Assembly (NCBI GenBank): GCA_951406725.2
Contig: OX597829.1
Location: 21,700,001 to 21,764,000, forward strand
Length of the DNA stretch: 64,000 bases
Source of the DNA: Octopus vulgaris
Taxonomy: Eukaryota
Direction of reading: 5' to 3'
The position numbers were made by a program, and so were the translations under genes. Position 1 is the stretch's first letter. The number at the start of each line of letters is the position of its first letter. Shown piece after piece: positions 24,882 to 38,450 of the stretch. The notes beneath the pieces were generated by a model. The model was not told the origin of the DNA. It saw nothing but the letters and a program-made list of their open reading frames with translations, and did no database searches.

Positions 24882-25109
24882 TTCTTTTCTCTTTTGTTTC
24901 AGTCATTTGACTGTGGCGATGCTGGACCACCGCCTTTAGTCGAGCAAATCGACCCCTGGACTTATTCTTTGGAAGCCTAGTACTTATTCTATCGGTCTCT
25001 TTTGCCGAACCGCTAATGTTATGGGGACGTAAACACACCACCATCGGTTGTCAAGTGATGGGGAGAGGGACAAATACAGACATACCAATATATACACACA
25101 CATACATAT

Positions 25110-25152
<43 letters not shown>

Positions 25153-25323
25153 TGTATATGATGGGCTTCTTTCAGTTCCCGTCTACCAAATCCACTCACA
25201 AGGCTTTGGTTGGCCCGAGGCTATAGCAGAAGACGCTTGCCCAAGGTGCCACGCAGTGGGAGTGAACCCAGAACCATGTGGTTGGTAAGCAAGCTACTTA
25301 CCATACAGCCACTCCTATGCCTA
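24882..25323 (-). mobile_element. Family-1 tRNA-derived SINE, full length
   Basis: Same head/body/(TA)n/tail layout as the other family-1 copies. Confidence 0.85.
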
Positions 25324-26148
25324 TATATCTATCTAAAATTTTTTGAAGCATCTCTTGATGATGTGTACTGCTCTCTAATGAAACATAAACTGATGATGCC
25401 TTTAGTGTATGAGATAAATACCACAAATAACTTTGTGCACTCTTTCGATATTTCTACCATCCACTACCTTTTGTTCTACCAATTCTGCCACCCATCAACT
25501 ACCATTTTGTTTCCTTACCAATTGTACCATCATTTTACCTCCTTTTCTACCTAGTTTGCCATTTGCTATCTACACTGAAACAAGTAATTAAATCTCTCTT
25601 AAATCATTCCATCATGGTTCAACAGAGTCACACTCCTCCCGCTTCATCCATTGAACCTTTCAAAAATCAATTGTGGTGCAATGGTTGAGGGATTAGTCTT
25701 GGCAGTGGATATGATTTGAACTGAGAACTCCAAGAGCCAGGACAAACACCATGAAGCACTCTATTTCATATCCTAGCATCTCTGCCAAATTCTCCAGATA
25801 AAAAATTGTAGGAAGGACATATCAGAAAAAAAATGCATTATTAGATGTACAATGTGTTTGAAAGAAACAAATAGAAACAAGACTGTCATGGCTGGGATGC
25901 CTTTTGATCATAGGTGCCTTTGATCAGAACTGAGCTTGAATTAAACAATAACTAGAATGGTTTCTAACACTGGTGCAAGCAACCAGATTCACAGGGAAAG
26001 ATTGAAGTTGAATAATCATATCCCTGCCTTGTACAAACACATACACACACAAACTGCACGCACACACAATCACACAAATACACACACACACACAAGACCA
26101 CAACACCACTCAGTGTATTACTGGTATACTTCACTAAAAACTGCTTAC

Positions 26149-26444
26149 TGGGCCTCATTTAATGTGGAAGCATTATGTAGTGTTTCCTTCTGCTGTTGGA
26201 CTTCTTCAAGAGATTGTTGCAGGCTATTAACCCGAGAAATAAGCTCCTTTTCTCTCTGTTCGGCATCTCTGCATTTTTTCAATTCCGATTCTAACCTTAG
26301 GATCTTATCTTCAAGTGCTTTAATTTCTCTGTGAATGAGATAGCTCACTCCACAGTAATGACACACTGTTTCACTCACTTCCATCTTCTGAATGCTCTCT
26401 GGTAGTGGATGCTGGGGTGAGTACCTTTCCAAATGGTACTCCAT
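26149..26444 (-). CDS. LEKR1: LEKR1-like coiled-coil protein, first coding exon
   Basis: [47 protein letters not shown] resembles the vertebrate LEKR1 N-terminus as recalled ([34 protein letters not shown]). Acceptor TTTTACAG|G lies 1 nt before the ATG; donor CA|GTAAGC follows 26149 (phase 2). Confidence 0.88.
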
Positions 26445-27077
26445 CCTGTAAAAGATTAAACAAAAAAAAAAAAAGTTAAAAGAAAATTATGTTTATCATA
26501 ACATTTCTTTAAAATTTAGATATTTCTTTCAATGTCTAGTGTTTTACTTAGATGTTAAGCAAGTGAAGCAGAGCTGGGGCGGGGTAGGGGTGAGATGGTG
26601 TATTTGTAGCAGCAGCAGTTGTTGTTGTTTATAAATCAACTGAGTTTTGTATAATTACAACTACATTTTGTTTCTAAGATAGCAGGATCTAAATTGAACA
26701 AAATCTGGTTGTTATTTCTAGCAGATCAAGCAACTATATATAGAGTAGGGGTGTTAAACATATAGCTTTCAGACTGAATCCTGCCTGTAGCCATGTTTAG
26801 TTCAGCTCCCAGCTCAATTTCATAAAAACAAAAGTATCATTTTTTTTTCTGTGTTTTTTCAGTAACACTTGCCTCATTGCAAATCTGGAGATCTTGTTCT
26901 TGTTTGATTCTGGACTACTTGGCTTTGTAGGTGAGAGATTTTTGCAGTGTTATGCAAGCTGTCCACCCTGATAGGTTGGAAAGCAAAGTCGACTTTGGCA
27001 GACTTTGAACTGAGAACACAGAGAATCAAAGATAATACCATGAGACATTCAATTCAACAATACCTCACTGTCTCAAA

Positions 27078-27712
27078 CCCTTCAACATTTAAACCATGTT
27101 TTGTGTTCAAACTTACCAGATCAGGCTTCTCACATTTATGCTACAATGTCATTCTAAAAGTAAGTAATCGCATCATTAAAATCTCAAAGCTTGAGATAAT
27201 CCATGGTTAATTCAAAACAATGTGAATAACTAAGTATTAGATTTGACAGAATAATCTGAAATAATTGAAGGTGGCAAGCTGGTAGAATCGTTAGCACACT
27301 GGGTGAAATACTTAGCGGTATTTCATCTGCTGCTACGTTCTAAGTTCAAATTCCACCGAGGTCGACTTTGCCTTTCATTCTTTCGGGATCGATTAAATAA
27401 GTCCCAGTTACGCACTGGGGTCGATATAATCGACTTAATCCGTTTGTTTGTCCTTGTTTGTCCTCTCTGTGTTTAGCCCCTAGTGGGTAGTAAAGAAATA
27501 GGTATTTCGTCTACCGCTATGTTCTGAGTTCAAATTCTGCAGAGGTCAACTTTGCCTTTCATCCTTTCGGGGTCAATTAAATAAGTACCAGTTACATACT
27601 GGGGTCAATATAATCGACTTAAACCGTTTGTCTGTCCTTGTTTGTCCCCTCTGTATGTAGTCCCTTGTGAGCAGTAAAGAGATAAGAATAATCTGAAACA
27701 CTAAAGGGTTAA
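27078..27712. mobile_element. piggyBac-like MITE interrupted by a family-2 SINE dimer
   Basis: Ends CCCTTCAACAT...CTAAAGGG|TTAA; inner insertion 27262-27684 has a 14-bp TSD AGAATAATCTGAAA; homologous in reverse orientation to 54313-54914. Confidence 0.7.
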
Positions 27713-28799
27713 TAAACTGGATTATGGAAATCGAAGTGTCTTGTTTATAGACACAGCATAACACCAGTGACAAAAAACAAAGCATAATTGTGTTTCCTTA
27801 TACATACAGATGATCTTAAATTTACAAGGATGAGAAATGAGATTTAGTGATTTTCATGCCTTTACAAAAAACAACAGAAACCTATAATGTATGATGTCAA
27901 TATAGCAGTTAGATTAGGTTTAAGACCCAACTCAGCTACAAACTAACTTCTTACTTTATGGCATTTACAACATTTGTTTCTAATCATAGACATTAGACCA
28001 GCAATTTTGAGTGAATGGAGCTTAGTAGGTACTATGACCCAAAGAACTTGGCTGGTACTTTATTTTATCGACTGCAAAAGGATGAAAGACAAAGCCTGAT
28101 TTCAAGCAGAATTTAAACTTAGAATTTTCTTATTTCTTTAGTACCCACAAGGGGTTACACACAGAGGGGACAAACAAGGACAGACAAACGGATTAAGTCT
28201 CGGCAGAATTTGAACTCAGAACGTAGCGGCAGGTGAGATACCGCTGAGCATTTCGCCTGGCGTGCTAACGTTTTTGCCAGCTCACCACCTTAGAATTTTC
28301 TGATGCTCTACTGATTCAGCTAGCTTAGCACCAACATCATTAAAACATCAAACATAGTGGTGTTGGTGGTATTAGTCTTGTTGTTGTTGTTATTGTTGTG
28401 TTGGTGTTGTGGCAGTTGTTGGCGGTGGTGATGTTGATGTTAGCTGTAGTAGTTGTAATAGAAGTTAGGTTTTGTGTTATTGATAGTATTTGTGTTGTTG
28501 ATAATATTTGTGTTGGTGTTGGTGGTGGTGGTGGTGGAAATGGTGTTGGTGATGTCAGTGGCATTGGTGTAAGTGGATTCTTCATTAGGTTCAATGATGA
28601 GCATTCACTTATTCCCAACCAATTGCATTTCTACTTGTGAAATTAGAAAGTGTGGATGGTTGAGTATTCCACTGACTTGGGCATCCTTAACGAAAATCTC
28701 AGGATGAATTAGAGTGACATAAATACAATCCAGAAAGGGGGTGGAAGGGGGAGTGAAGGAGAGGGGTGGAAGGAGAGGAAGGGAGAGAGGTGGAAGAAA

Positions 28800-29369
28800 A
28801 AAGGATGGTCCTCAATGTTGGACTGGTACTCTAATAACCGCTAAAGTACGACAAAGCTGAAATTCGAAATGATGAAAGCCAGACCGAATACGGCAAGACA
28901 TTTTCCATCCGGCACTTCAACGATTTTGTCGAAAAGTAACAGATTGACAAAAAAAAAAAAATACAACGGGGCACTTGACTATACCTTACAATAATCTAGA
29001 TTCATCCGTCTAATTTTCTGTAATCAAATCCTTTCAGAATCGATAAAATAGGTACCAGTAATACGCTGAAAGTAATATCGGCGATCGTAATATCGATTGT
29101 ACAACTTTGCTTATAAGAAAAAAACAATAATAATAAAGCAAAAAAAAAAAAAGAAAAGCAGAACCCTGAATCGAAGTTAAAGTACAAAACAAAAAGTTAA
29201 AGTACAAAAACAAAAAGAAACAACCACACTAACCTCAATAAAGATATTGACAACAACATCAACGTTAAGAACAATAGCTGTAACCATATTAACAATAGTA
29301 ATAACGAGTGATAATAATTATTATTTCATCTTTAATACTAACAACAACAACAATAACAATGACAATAAC

Positions 29370-29420
<51 letters not shown>

Positions 29421-29920
29421 GTAATATATGAAATAAAACTAATAATAACAAATAGAAAGCGATTATTGATAATCAAAGCTGCGAATTACAGACCTGAAAA
29501 CCAAGTATATGTACACATTAAATTGTAATTGTCAGCGATACATGACCGGTTTCATTGTCCCATAAAAGTTACACAGTGGAACAGCACAGGACATCGATAT
29601 TCGATTAATCAAGCTAAAGTGGATGGTGTTACTGGAGTTGTTGTTGCTGCTGCTGTTGTTATTGTTGTTGTTGTTGTTGTTACCGGCAAGGTGTTTCATG
29701 TTGAAACCAATGACAACAAATAAAGCGCCATCTAGATGCAGTCGTTACTATTACTGTATTGAGAAGTGGACGCAACTCTGTACTATAGTTACTCAGATTG
29801 ACATAAAATGGTGATCTTAAACCATTTTGACTTCTTATCGATCTGAATATTAAATAAAAATAATTTTAAAAAAAACAGAAAAAAAAGAAAAAATAGGGAG
29901 CGCACTTCACACGACTCTTT
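28800..29920 (-). promoter_or_regulatory. Putative promoter / first non-coding exon region of the LEKR1-like gene
   Basis: Non-repeat sequence with visibly more CpG than its surroundings, 2.4-3.5 kb upstream of an ATG exon that begins with a splice acceptor. Candidate donor GAG|GTTAGT at 29234/29233; ATCGAT (DRE-like) sites; GCGCCATCTAG at 29725-29735. Confidence 0.4.
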
Positions 29921-30602
29921 AAAAACAAATGTGTTTTAATACTAGAAATTAGAGAAAGGATTTGAAAGTATGGCTTTATTAATCACGCTTGTATGTAACA
30001 AATATGAATAACATGTTAAATATTGATTTCCGATTTTAGCACAAGGTCAGCATTTCGGGAGTGGAGGAGTAAGTCGATTACATTGACTTCAATTACTCAA
30101 CTAGTACTTATTTTATCGATCCCGAAAGGACGAAAAGCAAAGTCGACCTTGGCGGAATTTGAACTCAGAACATAAAGACGGACGAAATACCACTAAGCAT
30201 TTCGCCCAGTGTTCTATCGGTTCGGCCAACTTGCTACCTTAAGATGGTTGAATATTAATTAAAATAGATTTTCTAAAGTTTTAAATTATATTTTTTTTAA
30301 ATGTATGACCCAGCAAGTTGTCCCCATCCTTAATGGCACCCCAGTGCAAATCAATGACGATGCATGTCAGTCACTTCCTCCCTTACCCAGTATGATCGGG
30401 AGTTGATAGGGTATGAATAAATGAAAAGTCTATATCTCGTGTTGTGTTCACAGCTGAGACATTTAACTATTTCATATGGAAAAAAAAAAGAAAGAGAACA
30501 TGGGAAAAAAAAATCTTGTTGAAATGTTAACATTTGTTTAATACTGTCAGAAAAGAAAATTTTCCCATGTTTCGGGAGGGGGTGTCCTTCTTCACAGAGA
30601 GA

Positions 30603-31035
30603 GAAGGAAGGAAGGAAGGAAGGAAGGAAGGAAGGAAGGAAGGAAGGAAGGAAGGAAGGAAGGAAGGAAGGAAGGAAGGAAGGAAGGAGGGAGGAAGGAA
30701 GGAAAGAAGGAAGGAAGGAAGGAAGGAAGGAAGGAAGGAAGAAGGAAGGAAGGAATGAAGGGAGGGAGGAAGGAAGGAAGGAAGGGAGGGAGGAAGGAAG
30801 GAAGGAAGGGAGGGAGGGAGGGAGGGAGGTAAGAAGGAAGGTGAGAGGGAGGGCGGGGAAAAGGAAGGGTGGGAGGGAGGGAGGGAAGAATGAAGGAAGG
30901 AAAGGAAAGACGGGGGAGGGGAGGAGGGAGGGATGGAAGACGAAAAAGATGAAGGAACGAGGAGGGAGAGGGAGGAAGGAAGGAAGGAAGGAAAGGAGGG
31001 AGAAAGGAAGGAAGGAAAAGGGGGAAGGGAAAAGA
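30603..31035. repeat. (GGAA)n polypurine tract
   Basis: Directly visible. Confidence 0.95.
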
Positions 31036-32222
31036 GGAAATAGTGTTTCAATGCCTCACTGAACACCACAAGCTTCCTTAGTTTTTTTTTTTTGTGCTTT
31101 ACTATTTAATTGATGACTTACTCTGCTTGGTTGCCAGTAGAAGAATTTCATTTATTCATTTATTTATTTTTACTAATGCCTGCCAAATCCAGCTTCCTTG
31201 ATTTCCAGAATTTTGAATACAGGAAAGAAATGAAAGGTTAAAAGAAAGAAAGTCACCAGAGTCTTGTGAGTGGATCTGGTAGATGAACACTAAAAGAGGC
31301 CCCTTGTATTAATATGGCAAGCTGGCAGAATCATTAGAACACCAGACAAAATGCTTAGCAGCATATCATCCATGTTCTGGGTTCAAAGTCCACCAAGGTC
31401 GACTTTGCCTTTCATTCTTTCAGGGTTTGATGAAATAAGTACCAGCTAAGTGCTGGGGTCGATTCAATCAACTTGATCCTGTCAACGAAACTAATGGCCT
31501 TGTGCCAAGATTTGAAACCAATATATATAAATATATATATATTTACAAAATGAGACAAGAATGCAAAACATCCAGACAGTGATTGCTCCAATCTGGCCAG
31601 CCCCAAGGAAAAACTAAGCTAAGAGCATTAGATTCCTTAGAAGAAAGCAGTGAATATATATGAAAACAAGGATGGAAAAAAAAACGGAGAAGGTTACACA
31701 AATACAAATAACAGGACATAACAACAGGTGTCTTTCGAATAAGGACATGTGAGTGTGTACATGTCTGTGTGTGTGTGTTTATTTCTGTTTGTCTTCACCA
31801 CCACCACTGCCACTTGACATGCAGCATTGGTTTATTTATACTCCTGTAACTTAGCAGTTCAGCAAAAGAGTAAAAAAGAATAAGTAGCAGGTTTAACAAA
31901 AAAATAAGTCCTGAGGTTGATTTGTTCAACTAAAAATTCTTCAACGTGGTGCCCCAGCATGGCCACAGTCTAATGACAGAGACAAGTAAAAGAATAGAAG
32001 GATACTATTTCTTTTACTTTGTTTCAGTCATTAGACTGTGGCCATGCTGGGGCACCACGTTTAGTCAAATGAACAAACCCCAAGGTTTATCTTTTTATTA
32101 AACCTAGTACTTATTATATCAGTCTCTTTTGCCAAACAACTAAGTTATGGGGACATAAGCACACCAAGACTGGTTGTCAAGCAGTGGTGGGGAGGTCAAA
32201 CACATACACAAACACACACACA

Positions 32223-32286
<64 letters not shown>

Positions 32287-32290
<4 letters not shown>

Positions 32291-32496
32291 ATCCAAACAA
32301 GAAAACAAAAAAACACAACAACGCAAGGATGTGGAACAAATAAAGTATTATTGGACGCTCAGGAAAGAAGGGAAGAAGGAGGGTTTAACGTTTCGAGCGG
32401 AGCTCTTCGTCGGAAACATAGGAGAAGGAAAGATCCAGAGAAGGGAAGACAGAGGAAAAAAAATCGACGGCGGTACTCATGAGGTCACATATTCTG

Positions 32497-32500
<4 letters not shown>
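32287..32500 (-). mobile_element. Penelope-like terminal fragment in (TA)n with a hammerhead-like motif (32383-32417)
   Basis: GTTT-CCGACGA-A-GAGC-TCC-GCTC-GAAACGTT-AAAC on -; flanked by (TA)n inside a family-1 SINE. Confidence 0.6.
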
Positions 32501-32541
<41 letters not shown>

Positions 32542-33063
32542 GTAAAAAATAAATACAAACATGGACAAGAACATGAAACACCAAGGAGACGACACAAGAA
32601 CCACAGGACGGGACATTCGAAGCCCTCAGTCATCAGTCAAGAACCAGATCATCTTCGCAATTTCGGCTGATACAACAGGCTTCTTTCAGTTTCCATCTAC
32701 CAAGTCCACTCACAAGGATTTGGTCAGACTGAGGCTATATTAGAAGGCACTTGTCTAAGATACCATGCGGTAGGACTGAACCACAGACCATGTGGTTGCA
32801 GAACAAACTTCTTGCCACATTATGTTTTAATATATTTTTTTTTTTGTCATTTTACTGTTTTGTATGTATGTGCTACAGTTTACCGGTGACCAAAATATAG
32901 ATATAACAAGAATGGTTGGTCACACTTCTAATCGTTAGAATGTTTATAGACTTAAAGGTGTAAGAAGTAGAATATCTGAATGTGTTGTCTTTGACAGTTG
33001 TACAGTCTACCAACGAGCTTAGTTCAAAATGATTTCTGTGCCAAATTATTTACTTTTGTATTT

Positions 33064-33475
33064 TACTCTTTACTCTTTTACTCTTTTACTTGTTTCAGTC
33101 ATTTGACTGCGGCCATGCTGGAGCACCGTCTTTAGTCGAGCAAATCGACCCCGGGACTTATTCTTTTTGTAAGCCCTGTACTTATTCTATCGGTCTCTTT
33201 TGCCGAACCGCTAAGTGACGGGGACGTAAACACACCAGCATCGGTTGTCAAGCAATGCTAGGGGGACAAATACAGACACACAAACACACATACATATATA
33301 TATATACATATATACGACAGGCTTCTTTCAGTTTCTGTCTACCAAATCCACTCACAAGGCATTGGTCGGCCCGGGGCTATAGTAGAAGACACTTGCCCAA
33401 GATGCCACGCAGTGGGACTGAACCCAGAACCATGTGGTTGGTTAGCAAGCTACTTACCACACAGCCACTCCTGCC
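33064..33475 (-). mobile_element. Family-1 tRNA-derived SINE, full length and well preserved
   Basis: CpG-intact copy, very similar to 37492-37945 and 55588-56013. Confidence 0.88.
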
Positions 33476-34219
33476 ACTATTATTTGGAAAAAAATAATCA
33501 AAGATTAGGTTATTAAACATTCCTACAAAGGCAGTGAACTGGCAGAAACGTTAGCATGCCAGGCGAAATGCTTAGCAGTGTTTTGTCTGTCTTTACATTC
33601 TGAGTTCAAATTCGACCAAGGTCGACTTTGCCTTTCATCCTTTCAGGGTCGATAAATTAAGTACCAGTTGCATACTGAAATCAATCTAATCAACTGGCTC
33701 CCTCCCAATAAATTTTGGGCCTTGTGCCTAAAATAGAAAAGAATCATTAGCACACTATTTTGCCTGTCAGTATGTTCTGAGTTAAAATTCTGCCAGGGTC
33801 ATCTTTACCTTTCATCCTTTTAAGGTCAATGAAATAAGTACCAGTGAAACACTGGGGTTGATGTAATTGACTAGTCCCCTCCCCCAAATTTCAGGCTTTG
33901 TACCTATTGGGGAAAGGATTATTAAACATTCTTACATTTTAGAATAAATTTAGCAGTTATCAAGTTTTGTATTTTTCATTTTGTTTGTAAAACATGGTTT
34001 TGAAAATCAAAAATGGTAAATTATTTTTGGAATGGGGAATGGCAGTGTGCAAGATGTTTGCCTTAATCAGAGTACAAAATTGTCTGGCATCAGCCCAACT
34101 TATGGCTTTTTAAAGAAACAAACCAAATTAGCAACATCTTTCCCTTAGATGTAGAAATCTGTTTACCAATGTCCACAGTATCAGAAAGAATAAATAAATA
34201 ATATACACACATGCACGCG

Positions 34220-34260
<41 letters not shown>

Positions 34261-37200
34261 TTACTCTAACTTTTAGAGTGTGCTTCTTTTTAGGATATAT
34301 GATCCACTGGTCACATATCATCATAGCCATCATCTAATGTCCGTCTTCCATGCTTGCATGGATTGGCTGATTTGACAGGAAGTGGCCAGGCAGCAGACTG
34401 CACCAGACTTCTGTGTCTGTTTTGGCATGGTTTCTATGGCTGGATGCCCTTCCTAACACTAACCATTCCAGCTCAGTGAACTCAGTGCTTTTTATGTGGC
34501 ACCAGCACAGGCGAGATCAGTTTTGGCATGGATTTTACAGCTGGATGACCTTCCAAATGCCAACCACCACACAGTGTGGACAGGATTCTTTCTATGTGAC
34601 ACCAGCACTGGCAGGGTCACCAAGTAACTTACAAGACAAGGATCCTTTGAGAGGGGAGGTGATCTTGTGTTAGTTGAAAGGTTCTAAGTGACAAAGAGAC
34701 AAAGAGACAGAAACTGGTGATTTGTTGTAGAGGTTACCCAGCCAGGGAGGGAGTGAGAGGGAGAGAGAGAGAAAGAGAGAGAGACAAAGGGACTGATAGG
34801 GAGAGAGAGTTTACAAGAATGAGGACAGAAACAGGTGTGCTGCTGTAAAGGAAATACATGGTTACCCAGCCAGAGGGAAGAGCAAAAGAAGGAGAGAGAA
34901 AGAGGGGGCAGACATCAAGAATGCAAGCGAGAACAGGAGAGAGATGGTGGTGACGTGCCAGGGTATGCTCACAAGGAACAGGGATCAGAACATAGATGTT
35001 ATGGTTGAGTAAAGGAAGAGAGAAATAAATGGTGGCAAGTGCCAGGGCTTGCCCTCAAGGTTCAAAGTCATAATACAAGTGGCAGCTTATTGCCAAGAAA
35101 GGTATGAGTAAAGGGGTGGGGGATGCAGTGACTGGTAAGACCCTGGGTATATAGAGAGGGTGAGGATAGCAATGAGGCAGTGAGGACAGGATTGGGGAGT
35201 GGGAGATAATCATTGTGTATGAAGAGGAAATGTGAAGAAGAGAATAGATGCAGTTTGGGAGAAGCGATGTAATTTGGTTTGTTGGAGTAGGGTGTGTAAA
35301 AGTTTTAAAGTTTTATCCTCCTCATCATCATCATTATCATCATCATTATCATCATCATCATCATCATCATCATCATCGTCATCATTTAGTGTTCCATTTT
35401 AATGCTGGCATGGGATGGATGGCTTGACAGGAACTGGCAATGTTGAAGGCCACACCAGGTTCCATAGTCTATTTTGGCCTGTTTGGGCTGGATGTCCTTC
35501 CAAATTCCAACCACTTTACAGAGTGTGCTGGGTGCTTTTTATGTGGCACCAGCACCTGTGCTTTCTATATGGCACCTCACTAGTGCATTTTACATGGCAC
35601 TTTGATCTTAAGATATCAGTTCTGTTTTGGTGAGTGGATCTTCTTCAGTACTGCAATGTGCCACATATCATGGTTCTCTGACATCTCCTTTGTTAGACTC
35701 AGCATTTTCAGATTGACCTTCAGTACTTTATCCAATGTCTTCCTGCTTCTACAACTTCCCTCCACATTTAAATAATCAGTACTTTTTTTATTTTTTGCAA
35801 CTGTTTTCATCCATCTGCATCACATGACCAAACTAGCACAGTCTCTTGCACACTGCATATAACACTCCTTTTGCTTAACTTTTTTTCTCAGTATATTTTT
35901 ACTCTGTCACACGTGTAAACTGACATTGCATGTCCAATGGAGCATACCAACTTCATTCCTCTCCAGTCCTCACATATCCTCTACATTCAGGACCCACATT
36001 TCTCTGTCATGTGCAAAATAAAGTGTCAGTCTCTAATTGTGGAAGAAACTTGTAGAAGACGTAGAAGATATGGGGTAAGATGGTGAAATGTTACCTTTAG
36101 ATGTTGAGTCTCACAGATGACAAGTACAGGAATGAACTGTTGATCTAAACACTGAGTTGGAAATATCTGGTAAAGTGTACTGCAATCTGAGGAGGATTTG
36201 GTTGCTATTTCTAGCAGGTTGTGCACCTTCATAGAGGCTTGTGAGGCTGTATTTTACTTGTTTACATAACCATTAGTCCAGGAATTGTAACTGCTTCCGT
36301 TTTGGATGAGAATACACAAGGCTTACATGAGACTATGCAGGCAACTTATGAGGATTTCTTGTAATCTCCTCTGCGATTGGTCCTGGATTTTTTTGCACTA
36401 ATTGGCATTCACCATAGATTAATTTTTTTATTGCAAGAATGTTTTTTGTACCCATACTTATATATATATGTATCCAGCATGCATTTGGAAGTTGTTTGAG
36501 TATGAACATATTATTATTTATGGGGTTTCCTTGGTTTCAAATGCAAACTAGTCCTTGAAGAACTATAAAGACAATTGTACACATACACTTCATGGATGAA
36601 CTTTTCCCACACATGTGTGTACCCAAACTTTGCTAATATCTAATATTCTTTCCTTTCTTTGTTATTAATATAGTTTTTTTATAATGCATTCTAACCCCAT
36701 TATCCATCTACATTGACCTATATTGTGAACAGGGTTTTTATTTATAATTGTCTCAATCTGTCACACAAGATATATATGCTTCAATCCAGCCCAAAAAAAA
36801 ACACTTTTATCCATCCAAAAATACTTCTCTCCCACAGCATTTTGATTCACTCTCATACAATGTCTTGTACCTCTGAAGCTTGCATTATAAGACATTAGCA
36901 AACTTCTTCCTTTCTACTTTTTCTTCTTGCTAAATAAATCTATTGCTTTGCTTTCCTTTTAGTTACCTGATATAGTTCCTTGTTGCTTTTATTTTTCCCG
37001 GTCTTTCCAAGTTTGTCTCTGCTTTTATGGCCCTGTCTATCTCACCATTCCACCATCATTTCACCCTTGGTCAAGCTGAAACTTTGCCCCAGCCACAGGT
37101 ATGATTAGTTGCCATCAGTAGATTGTCCAGTAAGGTCATCCAGTTGTCCTTTATATTATATGTTTTTATCTCCTCCCTTCTTTTGTCAAATCCTTCAATT

Positions 37201-37491
37201 ATTACACTTCTAATCTCTGACTGTTTGAAAAATCCTTAAGCTTCCACACTCACCTTTCCCATATTGGTTTACATCTCTGAGTCTTTCTAGCCCTAATTCT
37301 GAAGTTAACTAACTACTTAGTAACCTATGTTACGTTGTACCTTTTTGGCTCAGGAAAAATTTCACATTCACAAGCACCTGCCTATCCACTCAACTTTTGT
37401 TTTGTTTTTTTTCTGGTGAGAATGTTGTCAATCTGGCTTGTATCTCCACCAGACTGGTAGGTGATTAGGTACCTGGTTGGTTTCCTATAGT

Positions 37492-37714
37492 TACTCTTTT
37501 TTCTCTTTTACTCTTTTACTTGTTTCAGTCATTTGACTGCAGCCATGCTGGAGCACCGCCTTTAGTCGAGCAACTCGACCCTGGGACTTATTCTTTTTGT
37601 AAGCCCAGTACTTATTCTATCGGTCTCTTTTTGCCGAACCACTAAGTGACAGGGACGTAAACACACCAGCATCGGTTGTCAAGCAATGCTAGAGGAACAA
37701 ACACAGACACACAA

Positions 37715-37775
<61 letters not shown>

Positions 37776-37945
37776 TATATACAACAGGCTTCTTTCAGTT
37801 TCCGTCTACCAAATCCACTCACAAGGCATTGGTCGGCCCAGGGCTATAGCAGAAGACACTTGCCCAAGATGCCACGCAGTGGGACTGAACCTGGAACCAT
37901 GTGGTTGGTTAGCAAGCTACTTACCACACACCCACTCCTGCACCT
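37492..37945 (-). mobile_element. Family-1 tRNA-derived SINE inserted in a decayed LINE remnant
   Basis: Flanking repeat CCTATAGT at 37484-37491 and 37943-37950; surrounding 36890-38130 looks like a minus-strand LINE remnant. Confidence 0.85.
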
Positions 37946-38450
37946 ATAGTATTGCAGATCAACAAGTCATTGTTCCCTTCTAATTTCTAGAACCAAAGCC
38001 ATAAATGTCTATGAGTACCTTGTAATCCATTGTATACCCATACAATACAGTCAATCACTACTGCCCATCCAGGTGAATTTGTATCTACTTTACCCATGAG
38101 TGGTAGAGATGAGGTTCCTCTTCATTGTGCCTCTTTATATATGTATGCATGTGTGTGTGTATATGTGTATGTATGTGTGTATATGTATGCATGTGTGAGT
38201 AGGGTGTGTTTGTGTGTATGTATGCTTATTTGCATGTACTTTTGTCGTGATATAAAATTTTAGGCCCTATGCTTATAGAAGAAAGAACCATCACCATCAT
38301 CATCATCATCATCATCGTCATCATTATTATTATTACTATTGAGTGAAAGAGCAGTACATGCCCTCAAAGTGACACTGGAGTAAAATATACAAAGTCCAAT
38401 ATACCCATCATGACTACCCGTCTGATAAGGGTATACCAGGCACATGCATC

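Noticed and set aside
30527-31069. 180-aa P/S/F/L-rich ORF
   Set aside because: Reverse translation of the (GGAA)n tract.
33255-33497. Recurrent 'YSRRHLPKMPRSGTEP' ORFs (also 25210, 37686, 54392, 55446)
   Set aside because: Antisense translations of the family-1 SINE, not a gene family.
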